Source: a virus (Duplodnaviria; Heunggongvirae; Uroviricota; Caudoviricetes). From it: 64,000 bases of DNA. This document shows, one piece after another, positions 55,489-63,792 of the stretch (positions are counted from its first letter, which is position 1; the number at the start of each line of letters is the position of its first letter). Position numbers and translations under genes: made by a program. The notes below the pieces were generated by a model. That model saw only the letters and a program-made list of their open reading frames with translations. It did no database searches and had not been told where the DNA came from. The stretch is from IMG/VR virus record IMGVR_UViG_3300037467_000752, one strand, 5' to 3'.

Positions 55489-55712
55489 GCTATGCTTAAG
55501 CATACGCTACAGCAGGGCTAGGCCACTATTTACTAACCAAACTGACAATCCAGAGAACTGCTGTAGCGTATGCTTAAGCAGGCTGAAGCAGATGTTTCAG
55601 TAAGCTTCTTGTTAGAAGCTAGGTTAGAAGTAATGGTGGGCTTAGTTGTACGCTGAAGCATACGGCTGCAGCAGATGCTTAAGCAGGGGCTTAGTTGTGC
55701 GGTGCTGAAACG
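55489..55712. repeat. Cluster of palindromic operator-like repeats in the divergent control region
   Basis: Perfect 14-bp palindrome TATGCTTAAGCATA (55491-55504). 23-bp inverted repeat 55493-55515 / 55559-55581. Core GCTTAAGCA occurs three times. Direct repeats GGGCTTAGTTGT at 55638 and 55688. Confidence 0.6.
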
Positions 55713-55767
55713 TCATTATACAGGGCTGAAAAATCGTGTCAAGGCCGTTCGTCGGTGTAGGGGTATT

Positions 55768-55787
55768 ATGTTGTTTTCATACAACAT
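55768..55787. promoter_or_regulatory. Inverted repeat ATGTTGT-tttcat-ACAACAT abutting the -35 of the rightward promoter
   Basis: Perfect 7-bp arms located 12 nt upstream of TTGACT. Confidence 0.45.
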
Positions 55788-55799
55788 ATGGTTCGTTGC

Positions 55800-55828
55800 T
55801 TGACTTGTAGGACTACTCCGACTACAAT
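55800..55828 (+). promoter_or_regulatory. Rightward sigma70-like promoter: TTGACT, 17-nt spacer, TACAAT
   Basis: Consensus hexamers, followed by RBS aaaggag and a TTG-initiated small ORF. Confidence 0.55.
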
Positions 55829-55856
55829 CATAGGTAGCTAGAAAGGAGCTAAGCAA

Positions 55857-56018
55857 TTGAACGTATACTGGAGAAACAGCAGAGGCACTCTGTCACAGGC
55901 TGAAGTGGCAACGTCAGACCACTTTGAGGGCATTTTGGAAGTCAAGGAGTTCCTTGTTCAGAGCGGCGAAGGCTACAACGAACCCGTGCTAGCCGTCATT
56001 CGTGGAGGCAAAGCATGA
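55857..56018 (+). CDS. Hypothetical small protein (53 aa; TTG start)
   Basis: RBS aaaggag lies 8 nt upstream of the TTG. First gene after the regulated promoter. Confidence 0.35.
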   Translation: MNVYWRNSRGTLSQAEVATSDHFEGILEVKEFLVQSGEGYNEPVLAVIRGGKA

Positions 56019-56113
56019 GCCCCTACCGCGACGATGAGGACGATACCAACCCCCAACCCGATTATGACCGCTTGCAAGAGTGGTTTGAAACCAAAGAAGG
56101 AGAGAATGAATGA
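56015..56113 (+). CDS. Hypothetical acidic micro-protein (32 aa)
   Basis: ATGA overlaps on both sides. Asp/Glu-rich. Confidence 0.25.
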   Translation: MSPYRDDEDDTNPQPDYDRLQEWFETKEGENE

Positions 56114-56391
56114 GCGAAGCAAAAACGCTGGTGGATCACAACTACACGGGCATCATCCGCCAATTCCAAGCCCATGTGCAGCACGGCTGGGAAATCGACC
56201 CCAGCAACCCGCCCGACATCTGGGGCGTCGCCTATGAAGTGCACATCGTCCGCAACGACAAGACGTTGGCCGCAATGGCAAGCCGGGTGCCGGGTGCTGA
56301 ACCGAAGATGTCCCGCGAGGAAACTCTACGCATTGCACGAGAAGCCAAGGCTGCCAAGCGGGCGCAAACGGGGCAGGCAAATGGGGATTGA
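56110..56391 (+). CDS. Hypothetical protein (93 aa)
   Basis: RBS aaagaaggagag. No domain assigned. Confidence 0.45.
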   Translation: MSEAKTLVDHNYTGIIRQFQAHVQHGWEIDPSNPPDIWGVAYEVHIVRNDKTLAAMASRVPGAEPKMSREETLRIAREAKAAKRAQTGQANGD

Positions 56392-56728
56392 CCCCACCGA
56401 AAACCTGCCGAATGGCCTTGCGGGCATTGATCGAGTTCTGGCGGACCTCGATAACGGCAAGGAACTTAACATGCTCATGGTGCGCAACTTGCTCGTGGCT
56501 TGCCGGGATGCACTTAGGGAACTTGGCAACCACTGTAAGGAGCTTGACATTAGCCTTACGGCGGCTGTTACAGGGGAGTTACCCGAGCGATATACGCTGA
56601 ATCAGCTTCTTTTGGCGCGGAGGGCTAAAGCGTACATAAACTGGCTGAATACGACGAAAGATGTGCGTGATAAAAGTCGCCCAGAAGGCAGTAACGATGC
56701 GATGATTCCACCTAGCAAGCGTAGTTAG
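56381..56728 (+). CDS. Hypothetical protein (115 aa)
   Basis: Overlapping start. No domain assigned. Confidence 0.4.
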   Translation: MGIDPTENLPNGLAGIDRVLADLDNGKELNMLMVRNLLVACRDALRELGNHCKELDISLTAAVTGELPERYTLNQLLLARRAKAYINWLNTTKDVRDKSRPEGSNDAMIPPSKRS

Positions 56729-56822
56729 GTTGACTTTCTATGGTTATCCTGTACAATGGTTTAGAAAGATGGTAAGCGGTTTGCCATCTATATAACCAAT
56801 AAAGCATAAGGGGTGATGCTTC

Positions 56823-57569
56823 ATGCGCCATAAGGCACGGGACAACCGTAGGAAAGAACAAAGACAAGAACAAGAGCGGGCTATAAAAGACAAGTTTCAA
56901 GACATTCGCCGCGAACAGGTAGCCGCCCAAGCCATCACACCCCTAAACGACCGCCAAGCGGAGTACATGAATGCCATTCGCACCAAAGACCTTGTGATCG
57001 CCACGGGGTACGCGGGCACGTCAAAGACGTTCGTGGCAACCTGCATGGCCGCTGACGCCTTCCGGTTGAACGAGTGCAAGCGCATTGTGCTAGCCCGGCC
57101 CGCCGTATCAAATTCCCAAAGCCTCGGATTCTTTTCTGGTGATGCCAATGAGAAGATGACGAATTGGCTCATGCCCATGCTGTCGGTGCTTTACAAGCGC
57201 CTCGGCAAAGCTGTGGTGGACATCGCCATCATGGAAGGCAACATCGTTCTCCAACCCCTTGAAACGATCAAGGGCATGAGCTTCGGGAAAGATACGTGGG
57301 TTATCGCAGACGAAGTGCAGGACTGTGAAATCGAGGAAATCAAGAGCATTGCTACCCGCTCCGGTGGATGCAAGATGATCTTGTGCGGGGACATTCGCCA
57401 GTCAGCCCTTGCTGGTGACAGCGGACTGCGCATCTTCGCCGACATCGTTGCGAACAACCACCGTCTGCAGGAAAGTGTGGCACTTATTGATTTTGACGAG
57501 CACGAGCACATCGTGCGAAGTCGCCTGTGCCGTGAGTTGATTATAGCCTTCGATAAGTCAGGCTACTAA
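56823..57569 (+). CDS. PhoH-like ATPase
   Basis: Walker A-like GYAGTSKTF, Walker B VIADEVQ and GDIRQ motifs in the PhoH order. Confidence 0.6.
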   Translation: MRHKARDNRRKEQRQEQERAIKDKFQDIRREQVAAQAITPLNDRQAEYMNAIRTKDLVIATGYAGTSKTFVATCMAADAFRLNECKRIVLARPAVSNSQSLGFFSGDANEKMTNWLMPMLSVLYKRLGKAVVDIAIMEGNIVLQPLETIKGMSFGKDTWVIADEVQDCEIEEIKSIATRSGGCKMILCGDIRQSALAGDSGLRIFADIVANNHRLQESVALIDFDEHEHIVRSRLCRELIIAFDKSGY

Positions 57570-57584
57570 GGGAGTGAAGTAATA

Positions 57585-58235
57585 ATGTACGATTACAAAC
57601 GGCCTATTCGTCGTAATGACGATGAAGACGATGAAGACGAGGGCACTGGCCCGAAGCCCTTCAAAATCAAGTTCGCTCCGGTTGCGACGGCATACAAAGC
57701 GTTTGTGAACCAACCGTTTGCTGATTCACGTCAATTCGAAGACCTTGTGGAAGTGCTGGACGTAGCTGGTCCCAACGATGTTGTTGAAATCAAGCTTACC
57801 ACTCCGGGCGGTTCTTTGCAAGCCGTGCTTCCTGTGCTAGCTGCTATAGACGCTACGAACGCCTCTGTGTTCGTGCACGCTGTGTCGGACGTGGCAAGCG
57901 CCGGAACGTTCCTTTTGATGATGGCGGATGACGTGTACATCAACCCGCATGTCACCATCATGTTCCATCAGGTGACGTTCGGAGCCTTCGGACAGGGTAA
58001 CCACGTTGAAGACCGTGTGCAACACGTGCAAGGCGCTTCCAAGGCGTTGCTTTCGCAGATGTATGACGGCTTTTTCAACCCTGAAGAGTTGGCTGCTATG
58101 TTCAATGGCAAAGAGTTCTGGATGGGAAAGGAAGAATTCGACAGGCGATATGCCGCTCGCACAGCCTATCGAGAGGCTGCTATGGCAGCTTCGATAGTGG
58201 AAGAACCTCCGAAACGACAACGTAAGAAAGCTTGA
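57585..58235 (+). CDS. ClpP-like serine protease
   Basis: Segments TPGGSLQAVLPVLAAID, ASAGTFLL and MFHQV correspond to the ClpP Ser/His catalytic regions. Confidence 0.55.
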   Translation: MYDYKRPIRRNDDEDDEDEGTGPKPFKIKFAPVATAYKAFVNQPFADSRQFEDLVEVLDVAGPNDVVEIKLTTPGGSLQAVLPVLAAIDATNASVFVHAVSDVASAGTFLLMMADDVYINPHVTIMFHQVTFGAFGQGNHVEDRVQHVQGASKALLSQMYDGFFNPEELAAMFNGKEFWMGKEEFDRRYAARTAYREAAMAASIVEEPPKRQRKKA

Positions 58236-58240
58236 CGATG

Positions 58241-58273
58241 AGCCTACTGCTTCGGCGGTAGGCTTTTTTTTTG
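58241..58273 (+). terminator. Strong intrinsic terminator
   Basis: Stem AGCCTACTGC-TTCG-GCGGTAGGCT (10 bp with one G-U pair and a UUCG loop), followed by nine T residues. Confidence 0.75.
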
Positions 58274-58308
58274 CTTAAGCCTTGCTTTCCTTACTTGCTG
58301 TGGTATGA

Positions 58309-58366
58309 TGCACGCATTGGGCGGGTGAAGCTGGGACAAGTGCACATGGCGGGTTCGATTCCCGTC
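58309..58366 (+). ncRNA. Truncated tRNA-like element: acceptor stem plus T-arm plus CCA, with no D or anticodon arm
   Basis: Segment GGGCGGG...GCGGG-TTCGATT-CCCGT-CCCGTCC-A-CCA. Only 58 nt between the acceptor 5' strand and CCA. Confidence 0.35.
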
Positions 58367-58397
58367 CCGTCCACCAACATTGAAAAGGAGAGACACT

Positions 58398-58622
58398 ATG
58401 GCGAAAGCACACACTGAAATCATCCGAAGGGTTTGGCTGGAGGGCGAACCGGGCGGGGAGTTGACCATCGGCCCAGACTGCGACGGGCTTGGCATGGTCC
58501 GACTGCACACTGAAGGCAAGAAGGCTGAAGAATACTTCAGCAAGATTGATCTTGTGCTGGACCCTGAAGTGGCCCGGCAAGTTGGACTGGCCTTGATCGC
58601 TGCTGCAGAAGAGGTCAACTGA
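58398..58622 (+). CDS. Hypothetical protein (74 aa)
   Basis: RBS aaaggagag lies 6 nt upstream. Confidence 0.45.
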   Translation: MAKAHTEIIRRVWLEGEPGGELTIGPDCDGLGMVRLHTEGKKAEEYFSKIDLVLDPEVARQVGLALIAAAEEVN

Positions 58623-58623
58623 A

Positions 58624-59400
58624 ATGGATTGGTTCACGAGTGACCTCCATTTCGGCCATAGGCTGATGATTGACACGGAGCGATATGACAGCCCACATCG
58701 TGTCCGTGCAAGCGTGGAAGCACACGACGCTGCGATCATTGACGGACTCAATAGGTGCGTGAAGCCGGAAGATACCCTCTACATCATTGGCGACTTCAGC
58801 TTTCACAAGCCTGAAGCTACGGCGGACATCCTCGCATCCATCCGTGGTAGGAAGGTACTTGTGAAGGGCAACCACGACCACCGCACGAAGAACGCTGAAG
58901 GGGCTTTGCTGCCCACGCAGGTGAGGATTTACCTGACGGAGTTCCACCACTATCTGGAGCGCACGTTCACCATCAATCCTGAGGGACCGGGACAGCTTGT
59001 GTGCATGTTCCACTTCCCGATCATGCACTGGCATAAGCAGCACTACGGCTCGTGGCACCTTCACGGGCATTTGCACGGCAACCCTTCTGGCGTGCCCGGC
59101 AAGGCGCTTGACGTGGGCTGGGATGCTCATGGCAAGCCGCTGAACATCATGGAGATTAAGGCGCTTATGGACAAGCTCCCTGCGCGTGCCAACCACCATG
59201 AACCGCAGGTTGATTACAAAAAACTTTTGAAGTGGTACATCAACCACGTTGGGGAGTGCGAGGGCGTGAGCTTCCTGAGCGACGTTGGCACGAAGTGGGG
59301 TAACACAGACCCTCTGACGGATGCTGAGAAGGCTGCGTTGCTGGAGGCTGCGCAAAATCAAACACCAATCTTTTCCAAGGTCACTACGTATATCCCGTAG
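58624..59400 (+). CDS. Calcineurin-like metallophosphoesterase (second copy)
   Basis: Motifs FTSDLHFGH, GDFSF, GNHD and GHLHG. Confidence 0.65.
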   Translation: MDWFTSDLHFGHRLMIDTERYDSPHRVRASVEAHDAAIIDGLNRCVKPEDTLYIIGDFSFHKPEATADILASIRGRKVLVKGNHDHRTKNAEGALLPTQVRIYLTEFHHYLERTFTINPEGPGQLVCMFHFPIMHWHKQHYGSWHLHGHLHGNPSGVPGKALDVGWDAHGKPLNIMEIKALMDKLPARANHHEPQVDYKKLLKWYINHVGECEGVSFLSDVGTKWGNTDPLTDAEKAALLEAAQNQTPIFSKVTTYIP

Positions 59401-59762
59401 TGCTCGGCCTCATCGGGTTCTTGCCCGCGCACGTACTCAAGAAACCGTTTGGCGTCTTCTACACCGCCCTGTTGAATCTCATTGCCGAAGGCGTAAATGC
59501 ACAGTGGGCTATCCGGCTTCTCGGGATACCGGGCAATGTGTTCGCCATCATCCCCGTGGGGTCTTCAAAGAATCCCCGCGTGGAGCAGGCTAGGCTGTGG
59601 GACGAGCTAGATAGAGAGACGGACCCTTACTTCTTTGAGTTCGTAGTGCTTCACAACGAGAGGCCGGATGCAGACCATGATGGTCCTAAGTGGTGGAAGC
59701 CCTGCGGAGATTGGCTGGAGTTTGATCTTACGCCTGACCAATACAGCGACCTAATGAAATAG
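59400..59762 (+). CDS. Hypothetical protein
   Basis: GTG start overlapping the previous stop. Confidence 0.35.
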   Translation: MLGLIGFLPAHVLKKPFGVFYTALLNLIAEGVNAQWAIRLLGIPGNVFAIIPVGSSKNPRVEQARLWDELDRETDPYFFEFVVLHNERPDADHDGPKWWKPCGDWLEFDLTPDQYSDLMK

Positions 59763-59784
59763 CAACACAACGAAAAGGAAACAA

Positions 59785-60009
59785 ATGAGCAATAACCAAC
59801 TCCCCGCACAGCCTAGCAACATCCTCGATGGCTTGCTGAAAATGCCCGCACCAAAAACCGCGTCGTTCACCTTCATTTGCGAAAATGCCGCGTTCAAGGA
59901 CGAGGGATTCGTTCCTTCCATCACTGCAAGCCAATACCAACGCATCAAAGCTATCCTTAGCGAGCAGGGCAAGCCCGAAATCATTCTTCCGGGTCAAGAC
60001 CGTGCCTAA
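59785..60009 (+). CDS. Hypothetical protein (74 aa)
   Basis: RBS aaaaggaaacaa. No domain assigned. Confidence 0.4.
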   Translation: MSNNQLPAQPSNILDGLLKMPAPKTASFTFICENAAFKDEGFVPSITASQYQRIKAILSEQGKPEIILPGQDRA

Positions 60010-60238
60010 GCCGACGAACGAGCCCACGCTGCAGGAGAAGTACGATTGGCTGTGTGCCAAGTTCTACGTGCACAACATCTGTGCATGGGAAAACGATGGC
60101 CTGCTTGCTGTCCGCTCTAGCACGTCTATGTACTTCCAATTTTCTCCGCAAGAGCCCTTGCCTATGAGCGTTGACCGTGCTATCGTCTTCGCTATGCAAG
60201 AAGAAACCAACAAACGAAAGGAAACTACCACATGCTGA
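60002..60238 (+). CDS. Hypothetical protein; start uncertain
   Basis: Downstream part of ORF 59885-60238. GTG chosen. Confidence 0.3.
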   Translation: MPKPTNEPTLQEKYDWLCAKFYVHNICAWENDGLLAVRSSTSMYFQFSPQEPLPMSVDRAIVFAMQEETNKRKETTTC

Positions 60239-60609
60239 AACCAAATCAACTTCAAAGCCTCATCGCCCGCAACAGCAGGGATATTGCATCCGTCTACCGG
60301 GAAATCCATGCCACGGCTGCGATGCTGTCCCCTTACAAGGACCACTACGAACTGGTGGATGGCAGCCACAGCCTCTACTACAAGGTGACGCCTGATGAAT
60401 ACAACAAGCCCTTCTATGCTATTTTGTCCAAGCTCCAGTCGAAGCGCAAGCAATTGGAAGACCTTCAGCGTTCGCTCAAGCGTGAACTGAGGTCAGCGCA
60501 GCGCGTTGTGCGTGCTGCGAAAATCGTTGCTGCGGCTGGCATCGACAAAATGCTCGTTGCGGACCTCTCGCATCAGACCTACGTGAACGAAAACGGCAAG
60601 ATGTTCTGA
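60232..60609 (+). CDS. Hypothetical protein
   Basis: Overlapping start. Basic, helical. Confidence 0.45.
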   Translation: MLKPNQLQSLIARNSRDIASVYREIHATAAMLSPYKDHYELVDGSHSLYYKVTPDEYNKPFYAILSKLQSKRKQLEDLQRSLKRELRSAQRVVRAAKIVAAAGIDKMLVADLSHQTYVNENGKMF

Positions 60610-60916
60610 TGAAACTGATCGTCGCAGGGAGCCGCAGCATCAAAGACTACGGCATCGTGCGGCAGGCAATCATTGACAGTGGACTTTGGGCCTTGCACTC
60701 TGCCTCGCTGGAGATTGTTTCTGGCTGTGCTGGGACCGCAAGGGCAAACCGTACAACGCTGCAGCGGGGCACTGGCGCAACGGAGATATGGCAAGATTTG
60801 CTAATGCTCTGGTGGCGGTGTGGGACGGGCACAGTAACGGTACAAGGGACATGATCGAGCAAGCCTACCGGCACAGCCTGTTTGTCTACGTGCATAACCT
60901 GAAGGAGAAAAGATGA
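60609..60916 (+). pseudogene. DUF2493/SLOG-like (DprA-like Rossmann) gene split across two frames by an internal deletion or frameshift
   Basis: Frame 1 (KLIVAGSRSIKDYGIVRQAIIDSG...EIVSG) matches the N-terminal half of the family. Frame 2 (AAAGHWRNGDMARFANALVAVWDGHSNGTRDM) matches the C-terminal half. The intervening GxxGADxxAxxWA segment is missing. Confidence 0.4.
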
Positions 60917-61092
60917 ATTGGTTTGTGATGTTGAACATGGCGAACGGCTGGATTACTCCGTTGGTGGACGACAATGGGGTGGCGATGTTCGAAACCTACC
61001 AAGAAGCTAAGAAAGCAGCCCATGATAACCTACTCGGGCGTGCTTACGGAGCTATTGTATTTAACACGTTAGATGATGGGCACGACGTATGA
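60913..61092 (+). CDS. Hypothetical small protein (59 aa)
   Basis: RBS gaaggagaaaag. ATGA overlaps. Confidence 0.35.
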   Translation: MNWFVMLNMANGWITPLVDDNGVAMFETYQEAKKAAHDNLLGRAYGAIVFNTLDDGHDV

Positions 61093-61628
61093 GCAACGAA
61101 AAATGGGATAAGCGGTTTCTGGACCTTGCTGTGCTAGTGGCATCGTGGTCCAAAGACCCTAGCACGCAAACCGGGGCTGTGATCGTCACTGCCGACCGTA
61201 AGGGTGTCTTCATCGGCTACAACGGCTTCCCGCGTCCGATGTTTGACATGGAGCACCTGTACGCAGACCGCGAGCAAAAGTACAGCCGCATCATCCACTG
61301 CGAAATGAACGCACTGCTGCAGGCTGGTCCTGCCGCTGAAGGAGCTACGCTGTACACGTGGCCGTTTGCTTCCTGTGATCGTTGTTTCGTACACATGGCA
61401 CAAGGCGGCATCAAACGCTTCGTCGCGCCGAGGCTGACGGGGGAGCGGGCCGAACGGTGGGAGCCCTCTCTGCGCAAGACGCGGATGTATTCCGTGGAAA
61501 TGGGCCTGCAACTGGATGAGATTGAGTATGAGCCTCAAGTCAAGGTGGACGTTGCTGGCGTGCAGGAAAACCAGAGGGCATGGGACAAGTACCAAGCCTC
61601 TCGCAACATCATCTTAGGTGGAAAGTGA
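61089..61628 (+). CDS. dCMP deaminase (cytidine/deoxycytidylate deaminase family)
   Basis: Zinc-binding motifs HCEMNAL and SCDRC. Confidence 0.7.
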   Translation: MSNEKWDKRFLDLAVLVASWSKDPSTQTGAVIVTADRKGVFIGYNGFPRPMFDMEHLYADREQKYSRIIHCEMNALLQAGPAAEGATLYTWPFASCDRCFVHMAQGGIKRFVAPRLTGERAERWEPSLRKTRMYSVEMGLQLDEIEYEPQVKVDVAGVQENQRAWDKYQASRNIILGGK

Positions 61629-61634
61629 GAAACA

Positions 61635-61892
61635 ATGAATCTACGCGATGAATTCGAAATCGATTGCTTGTTCGGTATGCCGGGGCTCCCGGCTAGGCCG
61701 GGCATGCTGAAAAAGGGTGTTGAAGGCAAGTACAGGAAGGACGTGGAAGTGGTGTTTCAGACGTGGGCTCGTGGGCATAGGTCTTGCACCGTGGATGTTC
61801 GCAACTTCTTCCGTCGCACGTGGCCTGATACTGATCCCGTGCCCGCAGCCATTCTCCGTGTCCTGCAAGAAGAAGGGTTGGCATCGAAATGA
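61635..61892 (+). CDS. Hypothetical protein
   Basis: Compact ORF. No domain assigned. Confidence 0.4.
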   Translation: MNLRDEFEIDCLFGMPGLPARPGMLKKGVEGKYRKDVEVVFQTWARGHRSCTVDVRNFFRRTWPDTDPVPAAILRVLQEEGLASK

Positions 61893-62134
61893 GTCTCAGA
61901 GCCCTACGCAAGCTGCGTACAGCAATGCACGGCTACCCGGACACAGTTAAGTTTCCGGTGAAGGACAAAGGCTACGACCCTTTTACCGGGCAGTGCTGGA
62001 AGCCGCGTAAACGGCCCATCGCGTGGTGTCGCATCACAACGTGGCATGCAAAGGCATGGAGGAAGCTGCAAAAGGTGTACGTGAATGAACGTTTCGGCCT
62101 CGTTTCCGACATCTTCTGGAGGATCAAGACATGA
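61889..62134 (+). CDS. Hypothetical basic protein
   Basis: ATGA overlap. Trp/Lys-rich. Confidence 0.4.
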   Translation: MSLRALRKLRTAMHGYPDTVKFPVKDKGYDPFTGQCWKPRKRPIAWCRITTWHAKAWRKLQKVYVNERFGLVSDIFWRIKT

Positions 62135-62325
62135 GCATCACCGTCCGCGACCTCGTTTCGTGCACACCACGAATCAACGGCTGCACCGCCGACGAGCCCA
62201 ACCTTCGGGACATCCTTATTAGCTACTATTTGTCTTTCTTCACCACGAACGAAGCAGAGAGACGGGCAGACCAATACCTGTATGCCCTGAAGAATCACTT
62301 GAACATGGCACGGAGGCTCGTGTGA
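62131..62325 (+). CDS. Hypothetical protein
   Basis: ATGA overlap. Confidence 0.35.
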   Translation: MSITVRDLVSCTPRINGCTADEPNLRDILISYYLSFFTTNEAERRADQYLYALKNHLNMARRLV

Positions 62326-62573
62326 TGGCTCAGTCTCTGATGTCCCACAAAGCTTGCGTAGATTGCAAACACGCTGTAGTGCTGGATTGGTCGCAGATAG
62401 AGTGTATGCATCCTAAGACTGGGACACCCAACCTCGTTCATGGAGGGTTCAAATATTCCCCCGCTTCGATGATGCGTCATTCGTACCGTTGTGGACCCGA
62501 TGGAAAACTGTGGGAGCCGAAGGAAGTTCCTGTTCCTGTGAGTTTCTTCAGACGGCTTTGGAGGAAGCAATGA
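62322..62573 (+). CDS. Hypothetical Cys/His-containing protein
   Basis: Motif CVDCKH...CMHP suggests a possible zinc-binding protein. Confidence 0.35.
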   Translation: MMAQSLMSHKACVDCKHAVVLDWSQIECMHPKTGTPNLVHGGFKYSPASMMRHSYRCGPDGKLWEPKEVPVPVSFFRRLWRKQ

Positions 62574-62577
62574 CCTT

Positions 62578-62772
62578 ATGAAAAATATGCCCAAAGGCGG
62601 TTGGCCCACTCACTACTCCGCTGCAGCCCGTAGCTTTGGCCCTCAGCGGGACAAACGTGGTAGAATCGTCTGCAACTGTGGAGGCTATTGGTTTCCTCAT
62701 CGCAAAGGCGGGGGAGCCTGCGACCATAGCAAGACGTGCATGGAGCACAGGATGAAACGCTATGGAGAGTGA
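62578..62772 (+). CDS. Hypothetical zinc-ribbon-like protein
   Basis: Motif CNCGG...CDHSKTC. Confidence 0.35.
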   Translation: MKNMPKGGWPTHYSAAARSFGPQRDKRGRIVCNCGGYWFPHRKGGGACDHSKTCMEHRMKRYGE

Positions 62773-63262
62773 CGACGAACAGCTAGCCTGCAAACACTGC
62801 GGCAAACCCATCCTGCCGGGCGAGCCTTGGCACACTGTGTCGCAAATGCATTGGGAGTGCCACGAAGAAGCGTACCCTCCGTTGGACAAGTTGATTGCAA
62901 AGCTGGATGCGAAGTTCTACGGCCCCGATTACGTTCCTCCGAAGCCACGGAAGCGCCCATGCCGACCCGGCGACGGGCCGACAGCCCGCAAGCTTGCTAA
63001 GCGCCTTGCCGTTCTCGTGCGTGACAAGCTCGGGTACGATGTCCCTGAGGAAGACTTCTGGTTTTGGGTGCAGCCTCCCGAATATCGCGGCCCCCGCTGG
63101 GACTTGGCTGTGTGGGGCTGTCACGTCAAGAGCCCGGACATTCCGGGCGGGATGCTGATGCTCAACTCGTGGGACACGATGACCAACCTGCTGAAGGCGA
63201 AACACCTTGGCCTGACCCATGATGGCGGAATGGAATGGGGCGTGGGCGAGACGGCAGGCTAG
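62762..63262 (+). CDS. Hypothetical protein with N-terminal CxxC...H...C
   Basis: Segment CKHCGKPILPGEPWHTVSQMHWECHEE. Confidence 0.4.
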   Translation: MESDDEQLACKHCGKPILPGEPWHTVSQMHWECHEEAYPPLDKLIAKLDAKFYGPDYVPPKPRKRPCRPGDGPTARKLAKRLAVLVRDKLGYDVPEEDFWFWVQPPEYRGPRWDLAVWGCHVKSPDIPGGMLMLNSWDTMTNLLKAKHLGLTHDGGMEWGVGETAG

Positions 63263-63385
63263 CACGTAATAACCCTACAATCAGTGTGGAAATATAGGCC
63301 CGCTATGGCATCTGCTGTAGCGGGCTTTGCTGCATTTGAAGCTCAAACGAGCTACGAATGCTACTCCAATGTAGCTTTTCACAGG

Positions 63386-63521
63386 TTATCCACAGGAAGG
63401 AAGGGAGCAACGAAGTTATCCACAGGATGTCCACAGGCAAGCGGTAGCAGGCTTACGCTAGGCAGGAAAGAAGCAAAAATATAGCGGGAAGCCGCATAGA
63501 TACTGGATAAGCTGTGGATAA
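63386..63521. promoter_or_regulatory. Cluster of DnaA-box-like 9-mers
   Basis: TTATCCACA occurs twice in direct orientation (63386 and 63416), followed by TGTCCACAG. TGTGGATAA (63513) and CTGGATAA (63503) lie in inverted orientation. Confidence 0.5.
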
Positions 63522-63792
63522 GTTTCTACTTCGTAGGGGCAAATATCGAGCGAGGTTGAGAGGTTGGTTTAGTAGGGCGGCAAACGGCCCGGAATGCCCC
63601 AGCGGAGCCGATAAAGTATCGTTTAGGGCTCGTTTCAGGGCATCGGCAAGGGGTAGTGTACTCCTGTGGCCGCGCGAGCGTGTAGGGCCTCTAATCGCGT
63701 CCTGTGCCAGCCTACAAAACATCATTGGACCCTTTGCTGTTTTGATTTTTGGCCTATAATGGCCCCTTCGATCATTCATCGGAGGTGTTCCC

